From Tubiluchus corallicola (taxonomy: Eukaryota > Animalia > Priapulida): 64,000 nucleotides of DNA. The position numbers were made by a program, and so were the translations under genes. Of the stretch, positions 12,700 to 25,022 are shown piece by piece. A model generated the notes under the pieces. It was not told the DNA's origin and made no database searches. It saw only the letters and a list, made by a program, of their open reading frames with translations. The DNA lies in the NCBI GenBank assembly GCA_030141605.1, contig JAQGDQ010000918.1, positions 1 to 64,000 on the forward strand, in the 5' to 3' direction. Numbering within the stretch: position 1 is the stretch's first letter; every line of letters begins with the position of its first letter.

Positions 12700-13150
12700 C
12701 TGTAAGATGTCTTACCTCCCTGAGTCTCAAGACTGATGTTTGCACTAACTCTATCCACGCACAAAAGCAATTCTTTTTGCTATCAATAAAGACTAAATGT
12801 GTTTAATAATATACTGCAATGCATACTGCATAATTACGAATGTTATTTGCGTTACTGGGTATCATTGCTCTGTCTAAAGTTCACCATGACGCTGGCAGTT
12901 TCTGAGTATGAGAAACTGAACTTTATCGCAGAAGTACAAAGCCCTCCCCGTCAACAAGTTTCCATGTTGACTAAAAGGACATCTGCGTTTGTGCTTCTAT
13001 GGAGACAATTAATATATTATTAGCCCTGAATGCATCGCAAGTAGTAATAATAACTTACATTTGCCTTTGAAATATCGTGTTGGTGCCAGCCCATAGTAAC
13101 GCCATTATCACCATATTTACCAACCATGTGGCTTCATAACAAAGTGTGTG
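12700..13150 (-). promoter_or_regulatory. Putative promoter / non-coding first exon of pentraxin copy 1
   Basis: Homologous to 28980-29440 upstream of copy 2 in the same orientation. Both end in a minus-strand donor AG|GTAAGA (exon end 12716 / 28996). No conserved ORF. Confidence 0.45.
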
Positions 13151-13989
13151 TTGCACAGTGGTGGCTCGTAGTGGGGGTGCTGCTTCAGGAAATTTTTAGC
13201 CCTTGTTTTGAAACTGCGTAAAAACGAAACAATTTTACGTTTCGTGATTTGTAATTTTGTGATTTTAATGTTGTAATTTCTAATTGTAATTTAAAACAAA
13301 GAAACATACAAAAATTTATACATAAACTTGATAAAATCCTAAACAAAGAATTTTTTGCTTACGAATAGCCTAAGTTGCCGCAGTTCAACAATATGCTGGT
13401 ACATGGTTTTTAAACACGTGACCACTGACAACAAACTGTGTGAGCGACAGTACTCTCTCTGCCTAGCAGCAGATGCTATCAATGCAGCAAACAGCATGTT
13501 ATCTCAGACATGGCCATGCATACAACAATCATACACACTACTGTGCTGGGCTGTGAAGCAAACAGCACTACCCTCACTTGTTCTTCTGTACAGGTATAAT
13601 GAAAGAACTAAAGGAAAACCACTTATTATATTGAATATCATCGATAATATTGAGTGAAAATAGGGGGTGCTGGCAGTTCCACAGTACCTACACATGAGCC
13701 CACACTGTATCTCTACACTAGGTGGAGGAGCTGCACAAGCAGCCAACGGCTAGAGGGCCGCGGTCAAGTGACCCAACGGCCACGTGTAGAGGAGTAAACC
13801 TTCCAAATCAGGAGTGGAGTCCCGAAGGCGGACCAGTGCAGCATGCTCGCTGACTCCGGCAGCTTCTGCAGCCAACCTGGTGACAAACGTGTCGCTCCGC
13901 TTTCCTTTGGACTACACCAGCGAGGAAGAGAGGGGGTTCCTGTTCTCTGGGCAACTCAGGATCACTATACACCTTGCCCAGGCGTGCGC

Positions 13990-14125
13990 CCTGGAAAGGC
14001 CACTCCAGTGATTCAAGAATCGGACTGCTCAGCCACAGTCGACGCTGCAGCTCCATCAATGTGATCAATAACTGACTCTCTTGGCGCACACTCCATTGTC
14101 TTCCGACATAGAAGGATGCCAACCA
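13990..14125 (+). mobile_element. RTE-clade LINE 3' end remnant
   Basis: Encodes SRIGLLSHSRRC (RTE ORF C-terminal motif), followed by a ggcgcacactccattgtcttccga..gaaggatgcca 3' UTR-like sequence. A GC-richer tract extends upstream to about 13740. Confidence 0.55.
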
Positions 14126-14640
14126 ATTACACACGAGCCGCTACTGGTACAGCATACCCATGTCAGAGTTATTACAAAAGGTTATTGCCTATTAGGTTGT
14201 TCAAACTATAAAAATAAAAATGCCAACTTGTAATTCAGTTTTCACAAACGTGATAATCAGCTACTAAGCTACTCTCTTAGAAAAGTAAACATTGATAGAA
14301 ATAATACTAAATATTGCCACAAAATGCCAATGCTGATAGATATATTTATTCATGACAATAAGTTTGAGCCTTGAATAAAAGAGGCATTAACATAAATTCA
14401 ACAGCGTGCCGGTCATTCATTAAGCATCCAGAGTTTACACGAACATTATACAAGTTAGCCAGAGTAGCCAAATAATAAGCTGACCAAGAGCCATTATACC
14501 CTGTTGCTTTAAAACGAACGCCGACGTGAGAGCTAGCTCACTAAAATGGCTTAGTATCGGTCGAGTGCAAAATGTAGTAACAGCTAGAAAAATAAACACC
14601 TCATACAGGTTATGCAATTCGGCATCGATATAACCAAAAG

Positions 14641-15689
14641 TTGAAAGAAAACAGAGGAAAGTCTAGCAAGGTGGACTGAATCTGGACGGACAAATCAGAA
14701 CTTTTAGCCAGTCATATTATATACGCAGTCGACTCGTTTGCTGTGCTGGCCTAGTCTATTTCAGGACATTGAAAGAAAACAGAGGAAAGTCTAGCAAGGT
14801 GGACAGAGTCTGGACCGACAAATCAGAACTTTTAGCCAGCCATATTATACACGCAGTCGACTCGATTGCCGTGCTGGGCTAGTCTATTTCAGGACATTGA
14901 AAGAAAACAGAGGAAAGTCTAGCAAGGTGGACTGAGTCTGGACGGACAAATCAGAACTTTTAGCCAGTCATATTATATACGTAGTCGACTCGATTGCTGT
15001 GCTGGCCTAGTCTATTTCGGACATTGAAAGAAAACAGAGGAAAGTCTAGCAAGGTGGACGAGTCTGGACGACAAATCAGAACTTTTAGCCAGCCATATTA
15101 TACACGCAGTCGACTCGATTGCCGTGCTGGGCTAGTCTATTTCGGGACATTGAAAGAAAACAGAGGAAAGTCTAGCAAGGTGGACAGAGTCTGGACCGAC
15201 AAATCAGAACTTTTAGCCAGCCATATTATATACGCAGTCGACTCGATTGCCGTGCTGGCCTAGTCTATTTCAGGACATTGAAAGAAAACAGAGGAAAGTC
15301 TAGCAAGGTGGACAGAGTCTGGACGGACAAATCAGAACTTTTAGCCAGCCATATTATATACGCAGTCGACTCGATTGCCGTGCTGGGCTAGTCTATTTCA
15401 GGACATTGAAAGAAAACAGAGGAAAGTCTAGCAAGGTGGACAGAGTCTGGACCGACAAATCAGAACTTTTAGCCAGCCATATTATATACGCAGTCGACTC
15501 GATTGCCGTGCTGGCCTAGTCTATTTCAGGACATTGAAAGAAAACAGAGGAAAGTCTAGCAAGGTGGACAGAGTCTGGACGGACAAATCAGAACTTTTAG
15601 CCAGCCATATTATATACGCAGTCGACTCGATTGCCGTGCTGGGCTAGTCTATTTCGGGACATTGAAAGAAAACGCAAGAAAGTCTAGCA
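14641..15689. repeat. Tandem array, about 128-bp unit, 8 full copies plus a partial
   Basis: ttgaaagaaaacagaggaaagtctagcaaggtggac...ctagtctatttcaggaca starts at 14641, 14769, 14897 and so on. Confidence 0.97.
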
Positions 15690-15883
15690 GAAGGTGCTAA
15701 TGTTTTAATTTATTCACAACATTGCTCTTTGCCTTAGCTTATTCTTGTTATGTCATATGTAGAGTTAAGTTATAATTTTGATGTTGAATAGTAAGCATGA
15801 GACCATGTAAGTTAGTGAACTGGTTTAAATTATATCAATAATTTTCATTTTTGGTTTTCCGGTGTTTTCTCATATGGCTTTAA

Positions 15884-16427
15884 AGGAAGACCGGTCGATT
15901 GTTTAGACTCAGTCTTTAGACTTTTAATTTACTGTCTAAAATATGCATTGCTTGTCTATAAAAGTTAGTAATTGTTTCTTATATGTGAATAATTAGCTTA
16001 GAAAGTTAATTAATGGCAACCGAATACAGCTATTGCTTACGTCAGAAACTAACCACAGTTTGTGCAATGGCAGGCGTCTTCCCTTGCGCGCCAAGCACGT
16101 TTGCATAGGTGGTACATTACTGCTTAAACGCATGATGTCATGAAAAATGGGCTTTACATGATATGACGTCAGAAACTAACACTGGAGTTCATGATCATGC
16201 TTATCTCGGTACCGCCTTCTATTTGTCGGCCACGCGAAAATGACAAAAAGGCGCCGCTGCCAATCGTAGTAGAGCCGCGCGTACCATTGAAAGTTTAACA
16301 AAATTTGAATATCTGAGGTAATTATTATTTAATCTAAGCTTTGTTTTAAAATAAGCTATTGTAGTTTTCAATATTTTAGGCCGTTCTTTGTTCTGAACTA
16401 ATGTTTACATAATCGTCCAGTTTACCT
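15884..16427 (-). mobile_element. Kolobok-like MITE (reverse copy)
   Basis: TTAA-AGGAAGACCGG...CCAGTTTACCT-TTAA; reverse complement of the 2891-3412 element. Confidence 0.7.
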
Positions 16428-16559
16428 TTAAACTTTTATGAAATATGCCTCCCTGATTATTAATGTATTTCGCGGTTGGCAGAAGATAGAAAACTTTAAG
16501 CTGCGTTGTCACACACAATGGCTTCATTGCATTAATTTTTTTGGATTTCAATAAACGAA

Positions 16560-16727
16560 CTAGTTACACCAGGCTTCCCACCGCATTTTATAATAAATTT
16601 ATGTACTTGACAGCTTAGGTTTCGCTTGGTGTTACTTTTGTTATAATTCTTCACTAGATTAAAGCTATTTATGAATTCTGTTGCCCCAGCTGTGGCAATT
16701 CCTACATTGGTCATACTAAGAGAAACC
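16560..16727 (+). mobile_element. Penelope-like GIY-YIG endonuclease remnant
   Basis: Plus strand 16664-16727 reads AIYEFCCPSCGNSYIGHTKRN. The adjacent minus strand reads NTKRNLSCQVHK, an inverted partial copy. Confidence 0.65.
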
Positions 16728-16875
16728 CCCCACGTGCCTGTGTAGTTAACACTTCGTTACGTGTGAATAAATTATACAGTGCCATGTTTTGACATTTTTA
16801 AATAAAGAGATGCTGCATGAATTTTTTTACTAGAGGTTTACATCTGTCCTGTTCGACGTCAAAGAATATTACTAG

Positions 16876-17287
16876 TAGGGGTGAGCATTCTCTACCAGAA
16901 AGCGAATTCGAATCGAACCGAATTTGTGACTTTCGAATTCGAATCGAACCGAAGTTCAGTGTTTCGAATTCGAACCGAATTCGAATTGAGATTGAAAGAT
17001 TTTCGAACAAGTAAAACCATTTTCGAACCACCAGTAAAAATTAGTCTTACAAAGATCATGCATATCACTAGATTTTGTTCTGCAATAAAACTAGTAATTT
17101 CTTTAAAATTGTGTGCAGAAATCACAGCCAAATTATACCAATTGCTTGATGTTTCAATCGTTTTGGTGATAAAGAACCTATGTGATTGAAGTGCTGAATT
17201 ATTCGAATCTATAGTTTTGGATTCGAATCGAGTTCGAACTAAAAAAACTCGTTCGAATCGAACTCGAACGTTGGATGCTCACCCCTA
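16876..17287. mobile_element. hAT MITE rich in TTCGAA motifs
   Basis: TIR TAGGGGTGAGCAT / ATGCTCACCCCTA with a perfect 8-bp TSD ATTACTAG (16868-75, 17288-95). Degenerate copy at about 37543-37930. Confidence 0.88.
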
Positions 17288-17563
17288 ATTACTAGAGGTT
17301 AAACATTAGATAAATTTTACTGAATTTGTTTTTGATACTTCTGTTTGCTCTCCTGTTGTAACAAACTTTTACTTGATGATACTAGTAGGGAGGCTATTGG
17401 TAGGCCTATGAATTCTACTAAAATGATATGTTGTCTTCTTTATGCGTCATCGTAAACAAAATTTATGCCAAGATTTGTTGTACCATCAGAATTTAAATAC
17501 CACTAACAGCTAGAGTTCCTACATTTTATGTTTTCCATTGTGGTAGATGCTCTAAATGGACCT

Positions 17564-18010
17564 TGTGAAAGTTATGTTTGAAGTTGTAGATCACTAACTT
17601 TATAGAACAAGAATAAAACCCTATACTACATATTTGCACAAAACTGAAAGTGTTTATTAAACTACATACACACAAGTAGAATGACTGCTACACTGAACAC
17701 TGAGAACAAGAGTGTCCTGCACTGATCACTGAGAGTTAGACAGAGAGTAACATGAGTAGCACGACTGCTGCACTGCACTGACAGTGTGAGTTAGACAGTG
17801 ACTAGAAAGTGAATCCAGTTAGTATATATAGGTATAGGTGATTATGCAAACTTGGCTTCACAAAAACCATTACTGTAAAATAGGGAGAGATCCAGTGAAT
17901 ATGCATTCACTGGACCGTACAATTATACTGGGGTGAGTTTAGCTAGTAAAATGTAAAAGGATTAGTTCATAGATGGCAGCACCTAAAAATATACAATTAC
18001 AATTTCCACA
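17564..18010 (-). mobile_element. Solo LTR (BEL/Pao-type family shared with 7268-7682)
   Basis: TG...CA ends (TGTGAAA...TTTCCACA) with 5-bp TSD GACCT on both sides. TATA-like and AATAAA signals on the minus strand. Homologous to the LTR at 7268-7682. Confidence 0.88.
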
Positions 18011-18185
18011 GACCTGTCAACAAAGGTGACTATATGGTCAAATTTACAGACTGTCAGTTTAAACAGTATTTTATTAGCAAGCAAATCTGCAACATGCATA
18101 CATCTGAACAGAGGAAGCAATAGAAAGTTAAAGGGATTGGCTAACAGGTTTAGATGAACCTAAATTAAAGCCTCTCCAACATTTA

Positions 18186-19825
18186 TGCAGACTGTTCACT
18201 GTATTGTCATTACAACAACGTCAAAATTTTTTTCATAATTATTATAATATGATGACAAACAAACATGCAGACTGTTGATTATATTGTCACTACAACAACG
18301 TGAAAATGTTTTTCATAATTATTAAAATATGTTGACTAACAAACACGCAGACTGCTGATTGTATTGTCACTACAACAACATCAAAATGTTTTTCATAATT
18401 ATTATAATATGATGACTAACAAACACGCAGACTGCTGATTGTATTGTCACTACAACAACGTCAAAATGTTTTTCATAATTATTATAATATGATGACTAAC
18501 AAACACGCAGACTGCTGATTGTATTGTCGCTACAACAACGTCAAAATGTTTTTCATAATTATTATAATATGATGACTAACAAACACGCAGACTGCTGATT
18601 GTATTGTCACTACAACAACATCAAAATGTTTTTCATAATTATTATAATATGATGACTAACAAACACGCAGACTGCTGATTGTATTGTCACTACAACAACA
18701 TCAAATTTTTTTTCATAATTATTGTAATATGATGACTAACAAACATGCAGACTGTTGATTATATTGTCACTACAACAACGTGAAAATGTTTTTCATAATT
18801 ATTATAATATGATGACTAACAAACACGCAGACTGCTGATTGTATTGTCGCTACAACAACGTCAAAATTTTTTTCATAATTATTATAATATGATGACAAAC
18901 AAACACGCAGACTGCTGATTGTATTGTCGCTACAACAACATCAAAATATTTTTCATAATTATTATAATATGATGACTAACAAACACGCAGACTGCTGATT
19001 GTATTGTCACTACAACAACATCAAATTTTTTTTCATAATTATTATAATATGATGACTAACAAACATGCAGACTGTTGATTATATTGTCACTACAACAACG
19101 TCAAAATGTTTTTCATAATTATTATAATATGATGACTAACAAACATGCAGACTGTTGATTATATTGTCACTACAACAACGTGAAAATGTTTTTCATAATT
19201 ATTATAATATGATGACTAACAAACACGCAGACTGCTGATTGTATTGTCACTACAACAACATTAATTTTTTTTTCATAATTATTATAATATGATGACTAAC
19301 AAACATGCAGACTGTTGATTATATTGTCACTACAACAACGTGAAAATGTTTTCCATAATTATTATAATATGATGACTAACAAACACGCAGACTGCTGATT
19401 GTATTGTCGCTACAACAACGTCAAAAATTTTTTCATAATTATTATAATATGATGACTAACAAACACGCAGACTGCTGATTGTATTGTCGCTACAACAACA
19501 TCAAAATGTTTTTCATAATTATTATAATATGATGACTAACAAACACGCAGACTGCTGATTGTATTGTCACTACAACAACATCAAATTTTTTTTCATAATT
19601 ATTATAATATGATGACTAACAAACATGCAGACTGTTGATTATATTGTCACTACAACAACGTGAAAATGTTTTTCATAATTATTATAATATGATGACTAAC
19701 AACGCAGACTACTGATTGTATTGTCTCTACAACAACGTGAAAATGTTTTTCATAATTATTATAATATGATGACTAACAAACATGCAGACTGCTGATTGTA
19801 TTGTCACTGCAACAACATCCAAATG
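18186..19825. repeat. Tandem array, 60-bp unit, about 27 copies
   Basis: aaacacgcagactgctgattgtattgtcactacaacaacgtcaaaatgtttttcataattattataatatgatgactaac repeats in register with the 60-nt lines. Confidence 0.98.
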
Positions 19826-20042
19826 TTAGCAATAGCAATAATTATAATTATTTATTTTACTGCAATCTTCAATCCCCACACGAAATCCACTAAAAACTAA
19901 GCCAAAATAATTAAGTGATATAAAATATAAAATTAAAGTATACACTAAAAGCTAACTAAAAAGTATTGAAATGGTACAGACATTAAAATTTACATAAGTA
20001 TGTATGCATATTGCATAATGGTCTGATATACATGATATAAAT

Positions 20043-20044
<2 letters not shown>

Positions 20045-20097
<53 letters not shown>

Positions 20098-20178
20098 GGG
20101 GGGAAAGAGGAGAAAGAGAGAGAGAAAGAAAGAGGAGAGAGTGAGAGTGTGTGTGGCAGAAAGAAAGAGAGAGTGAGT

Positions 20179-20212
<34 letters not shown>
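20045..20212. repeat. (TA)n/(GA)n microsatellite
   Basis: Directly visible. Confidence 0.95.
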
Positions 20213-20680
20213 TTAAATCATTCAGTTAACTCAGATCTTGTTAAATTGTTTTTTTAGTGTGTTGACACTGATCGTTGAAAATAACAGTTTAAAAACAATG
20301 CTTCTAATTATTTTGTAAAACGTAGAATCCATAATAAATGACAATATTTTATTTCTCAATTATTACAGGAAAATAAATAATAACACACATTTGGCCTATA
20401 TTGGCCTAACACAGACACACCCCAAACCAAACAATTTATTTGTTAATTGTCACACGAAAGTAAAAAATAAAAAAACCCAACACATTTGGCCCAATAGCCA
20501 GGCCTATTACACTCACATACTAAACTAAACCATTTATTTGTTTGTTTGCTTTGTTTGCTTGCTTGTTTCACATGTTCGTTTGTTTGTTTTTGCTTGCTTA
20601 CTTGGTTGGTTGGTTGACTGGTTGATTGGCTGGCTATCCTGCTGGCCTGGTGATGATAACGCTATATTTAAGGTATACAA

Positions 20681-20843
20681 GTGTTAAAGGTAGTTAAGTT
20701 ATTGGTCTGCAATGGTACAGGATAGTGAATCAGTTTCCTTCATAACTTCCCCATGCATTGTCCCACTGTTAACATCTGCCCAAGAGAACATGTGGCCACC
20801 AATAGTATAACAGTACTCATATAATCTACTGGTGTCCCCAGCT
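20681..20843 (-). pseudogene. Diverged duplicate of the last about 45 codons and start of the 3' UTR of the pentraxin exon
   Basis: Near-repeat of 20844-21005 with several substitutions (caggatagtg vs cagtttagtg; aacatgtggcc vs aacacgttgcc). Confidence 0.8.
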
Positions 20844-20861
20844 GTGTTAAAGGTAGTTAAA

Positions 20862-22581
20862 TTATTGGTCTGCAATGGTACAGTTTAGTGAATCAGTTTC
20901 CTTCATAACTTCCCCATGCATTGTCCCACTGTTAACATCTGCCCAAGAGAACACGTTGCCACCAATAGTATAACAGTACTCATATAATCTACTGATGTCT
21001 TCAGGTGTCATCATGTAGTCATAGAAGTTCACACCAGTCAGTGAGCCCACATACGATTCGTCTTCATCAAAGTCTTGATCGGGGAAGGTATCCGGATCTT
21101 GTCCTATTATAACGATTCCGTCTGCCTGAAGGACGTATCCTTCTGCCAGGAAATCTAAATCGCCAGCAGTCTCAGTACCATCTATGTACACGTGAAAGGA
21201 ACCATTGGTGCTGGACCACGTTATGCAAATCTGGTGCCAAGAGCCATCGTAGAACGGCATGTCCCCGTCATCAAAATAAAAAGTGCTATAGTTACTGAAA
21301 TTAAAAATTACGGAGACCTTCGTAATAAGCCTAAAATTAATTTTAATAAAACATTGTTTGACTTCTCACGATTGATTTGTGACGGAACAACTAAAGCCGA
21401 AATGTGCTAAAAATGTCTGCATAGAAGGCAATTAAAAATCATTGAATTTGAAAAGGAAATGGTCATAAAAATGGTTAAGATTTAGTGTAGAGTCATACAA
21501 ACAATACCAGATGATATACATTAATTTAGATTCTACAATGGAGTTTCGTAACTTCGAATTTCAAATTGTTTTCTCAATTTGCTAATATTGTCAGAGGAAA
21601 ATGCGGCGTTTCATAAGTGACTCACTAATTTCATCTCCAAATATATTTCTGTATTGTCTCTTACCTACTCACTTGTACCATCAGTTTGTCCGACTCTTCC
21701 CCATAAAGTTTCACATAGATGGAATTCGGGTCGTCTACTGTACCATAAGAAAATGGCGTCAGCTGATAATAGCCGCTTGAATAGCTGGGTGGTTTTATCC
21801 ACATGCAAACTGTGAATTCGGTGATTTGCGAAACGGCAGATGTTGATTTGATGAAGTAGTTTGTGGTACTCTGATTGGGGAAATAAAGTTCAAAACATCC
21901 ATCTGTAAGGTAATAAAAACAACTAAATAGAATTATAGATCATGCTAATTATGACAGCACTGTGCATTTCCAAATAGACTCGAGTGTCTAGACAAAGTTT
22001 AAAGTACAAGAAAACAAACTTCATAGATAAAGCTTAAAAATTCGTCTTTATATTTCACATCTTACATGCTGTCTTATTGTATACAGGACTTGCGCTAGCA
22101 GTAACGCTGTATAAAACTTTGTAAATTTAAACTTCCGCAATATTAGCTAGGTGCTACCATCTTGACGGTACGAATCAGGATGGCACGAATACTTTAAATT
22201 ATTCAGAACTTTCTTTTCCAATTACATAAGTATTTCAAAGGGTAGCCCTAATTGTAAATGCTAAGTAGAAAGATTTTTGGGATATGCTTTGAAATTTGCT
22301 TTTCTCCCCCTTTAGCTCTGACCACAATGACCACACAGAGCCTGGTCGCAGAGAGGCCTTGAAGAAGAAACTTCGGTCTTGTCTGAAAAAATCATGCACT
22401 CAAGAGTGGTGAAGTGGTTAACCTCGTTGATTTACAGCGATTTATTTGCCACAGCATGGTGGGAGAAAGTGACGAAATGATGCAAAGTCCACAGTACATA
22501 AATGTTTGCTCGGAATCCTGACGCTGTTGACTCTTTTAGCTCCACGTCAGTTTGCAAAGCCCTGGTTGCCTAAGTATCCTG

Positions 22582-22680
<99 letters not shown>

Positions 22681-23084
22681 ACGTGTGTGTGTGTGTGTGT
22701 GTGTGTGCGCACGCGTGCGCGTGCGTGTGCGTGTGCGTGTGCGTGTGCGTGTGCGTGTGCGCGTGTGTGTGTATGTGCTTGATCCATGAACAAAATTATC
22801 TTTCATTGGCAGATATTATGGCTGTTTGTCAAGCTGTATGGTACGCACTTTACATAGTTAGCATATTTTCTGTACTTTTTAAATTTTAGTTTTTATAATT
22901 ATAACCCTTTTCTAACAATAACATACCTTCAGCATGATCGGAGTTTTCCTTGTTCAGGTCGAGAATTCTCTGGAAAAAACATGTCATTCATTGTCAGTCA
23001 TTAATGATTGCTGAGTGCATTTGTGTACAGGGCATTGTCTTGTCCATTGAAAAGTACCGATATATATAATACATAGGCCTAATA

Positions 23085-23125
<41 letters not shown>

Positions 23126-23163
23126 ATGTGTGTGTGTGTGCATGTGCATGTGTGCATGTGTGT

Positions 23164-23201
<38 letters not shown>

Positions 23202-23660
23202 ATGTGTGCGCGTGTGCGTGTGTGTGCGTGTGTGCGTATGTGTCATGAAACACTAAAATTAAAATGTCCACAATTAGTAAACAATTATGCATCCTGATAA
23301 TTGATGTAATGTGAAGCCCTGGCATAGAATCAACTGAGTTTAATAAGCTGTAGTCGAGAGCCGATCCCTGTGTTATTTTGACCTTTAAACAACTGTTTCT
23401 TGAAACATCAAAATTGAAACAAATCCACAATTAGTAGACAAATACGCCTACCTGATAATTGATGTAGTGTGAAGTGCCTGGTTCACCATCAGCTGTATTC
23501 AACAAGCAATAATCGAAAGCTGTACTTGTTTGACAGTAATCTTGCTGTTCAGTAGTCCATACATTGATGCTGTTACATTGAGGATCAACTTGTCTAGTAC
23601 AATTCATGGCACACTCTATCCTATGGACAATCGTGGAATGAAATTTTAGTGTACATGTTT
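20862..23660 (-). CDS. PAN/apple-like + pentraxin-domain protein, copy 2 (N-terminus unresolved)
   Basis: Exons 23660-23452, 22969-22927 (43 nt), 21902-21665 and 21294-20862. The last three match copy 1 in size and phase; the frame is open throughout and the pentraxin motifs are intact. Confidence 0.87.
22585..22775. repeat. (GT)n / (GCGTGT)n microsatellite
   Basis: Directly visible. Confidence 0.97.
23088..23243. repeat. (GT)n microsatellite, interrupted
   Basis: Directly visible. Confidence 0.95.
23268..23368 (-). pseudogene. Degenerate relic of the PAN-exon 3' end
   Basis: Minus strand reads ...SALDYSLLNSVDSMPG, then cttcacattacatcaattatcag-gatgc. This is homologous to TAFDYCLLNTADGEPGTSHYINYQ|gt but carries a frameshift and has lost the GT donor. 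Confidence 0.7.
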
Positions 23661-24226
23661 CTGTATGTGCGTGGTGTTGGCACAACCAGCAGAGACCGTG
23701 ATAATGGCAATGGTACAACAAAAACGATGAGCAATTGCAAGAAAACAACAGCAACAGCAACAATAATTACAAAAACAACACCAACAGCAACAGCGAGTGC
23801 AACCGGAACCGCAACTGCAGCTAACAGCAACAGTAACGGCGGCAGCCATAGCCACGACCACGACCACAGCAACAGCAGCAGCAGCACTACAAGCAGAAGC
23901 CGAAACATCAGTTGCAGCTATGCCAACACTAGCACCAACAACAAGAACTAGTATCATTAATCTCATCTGTCATATCCCATATCGCCTGCCCTCAACTAAT
24001 TTTCGCCATTTTTTTCTTGCAAGTTTTACTTCCTGTTTCACCACCCATATATAAAGTTATATCGTATTTCTTAATGATTTTTAATACTGTGACTGTCTTC
24101 ACGTGAGAGGCTTTTATTTAGGTATTATAGACCTGTTAGCCAGTCACCTAGTAACGTTATAAAGCTTTCAGCTGGTCACATTGTTTAAATTTTCTGTGTT
24201 TCAATGTGTGGCTATAATTCTCTTAA

Positions 24227-24610
24227 CCATACGTTTGTGAATTACGCTATAGCCGTACGTTTGTGAATTACGTTATAGCCATACGTTTGTGAATTATGTT
24301 ATAGCCATACGTTTGTGAATTATGTTATAGCCATACGTTTATGAATTATGTTATAGCCATACGTTTGTGAATTATGTTATAGCCATACGTTTGTGAATTA
24401 TGTTATAGCCATACGTTTATGAATTATGTTATAGCCGTACGTTTGTGAATTACGTTATAGCCATACGTTTGTGAATTATGTTATAGCCATACGTTTGTGA
24501 ATTATGTTATAGCTATACGTTTGTGAATTATGTTATAGCCATACGTTTATGAATTATGTTATAGCCATACGTTTTGTGAATTATGTTACAGCCATACATT
24601 TGTGAATTAT
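24227..24610. repeat. Minisatellite, 26-bp unit, about 14 copies
   Basis: ccatacgtttgtgaattatgttatag repeated. Confidence 0.97.
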
Positions 24611-25022
24611 GTTAATTATTATTACAATCCACATCATCATTCCCATCGTAATTACTCCTCTATCTCCCACCTGGCATCTTCTTCTTCTTCTTCGACTTTT
24701 CCTTTGATACCTAGTCATTTGTTTATTATTTCCTTTATTTGTGCTCATATTTTGTTGCCTATTATTTTGGTGTTCCCTGTTATTTTTGCTGGTATTGATG
24801 TCATTTTTCTGTACAATATGCCTTATGCTGCTTATGACTGTTTCTGCTGTGAAAAATTGTAAGAGGAACTTGCTGATAGACAGATTTTCAAAAACGTGGG
24901 ACACCACCTTGGATAATCTGAACAAAAGTCACAATACCGTTCTTTCAGAAAGTTTGTGCCATGGCGCCACCTATCGCAGACGCGAGCATTTAATTTACAG
25001 TTTATTATTAATTTTAATTTGT

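Noticed and set aside
14641-19825. 128-bp and 60-bp arrays as CRISPR-like arrays
   Set aside because: The units are contiguous near-identical repeats with no unique spacers, there are no cas genes, and the context is a spliced eukaryotic genome.
22506-23297. CV/HT-repeat ORFs
   Set aside because: These are translations of (GT)n microsatellites.
23646-24054. Hydrophobic, Cys-rich or Thr/Ala-rich ORFs upstream of the PAN-like exon as separate genes
   Set aside because: The tract is low-complexity and CAN-rich and is open in several frames on both strands. It may hide the signal-peptide exon, but I could not assign one.
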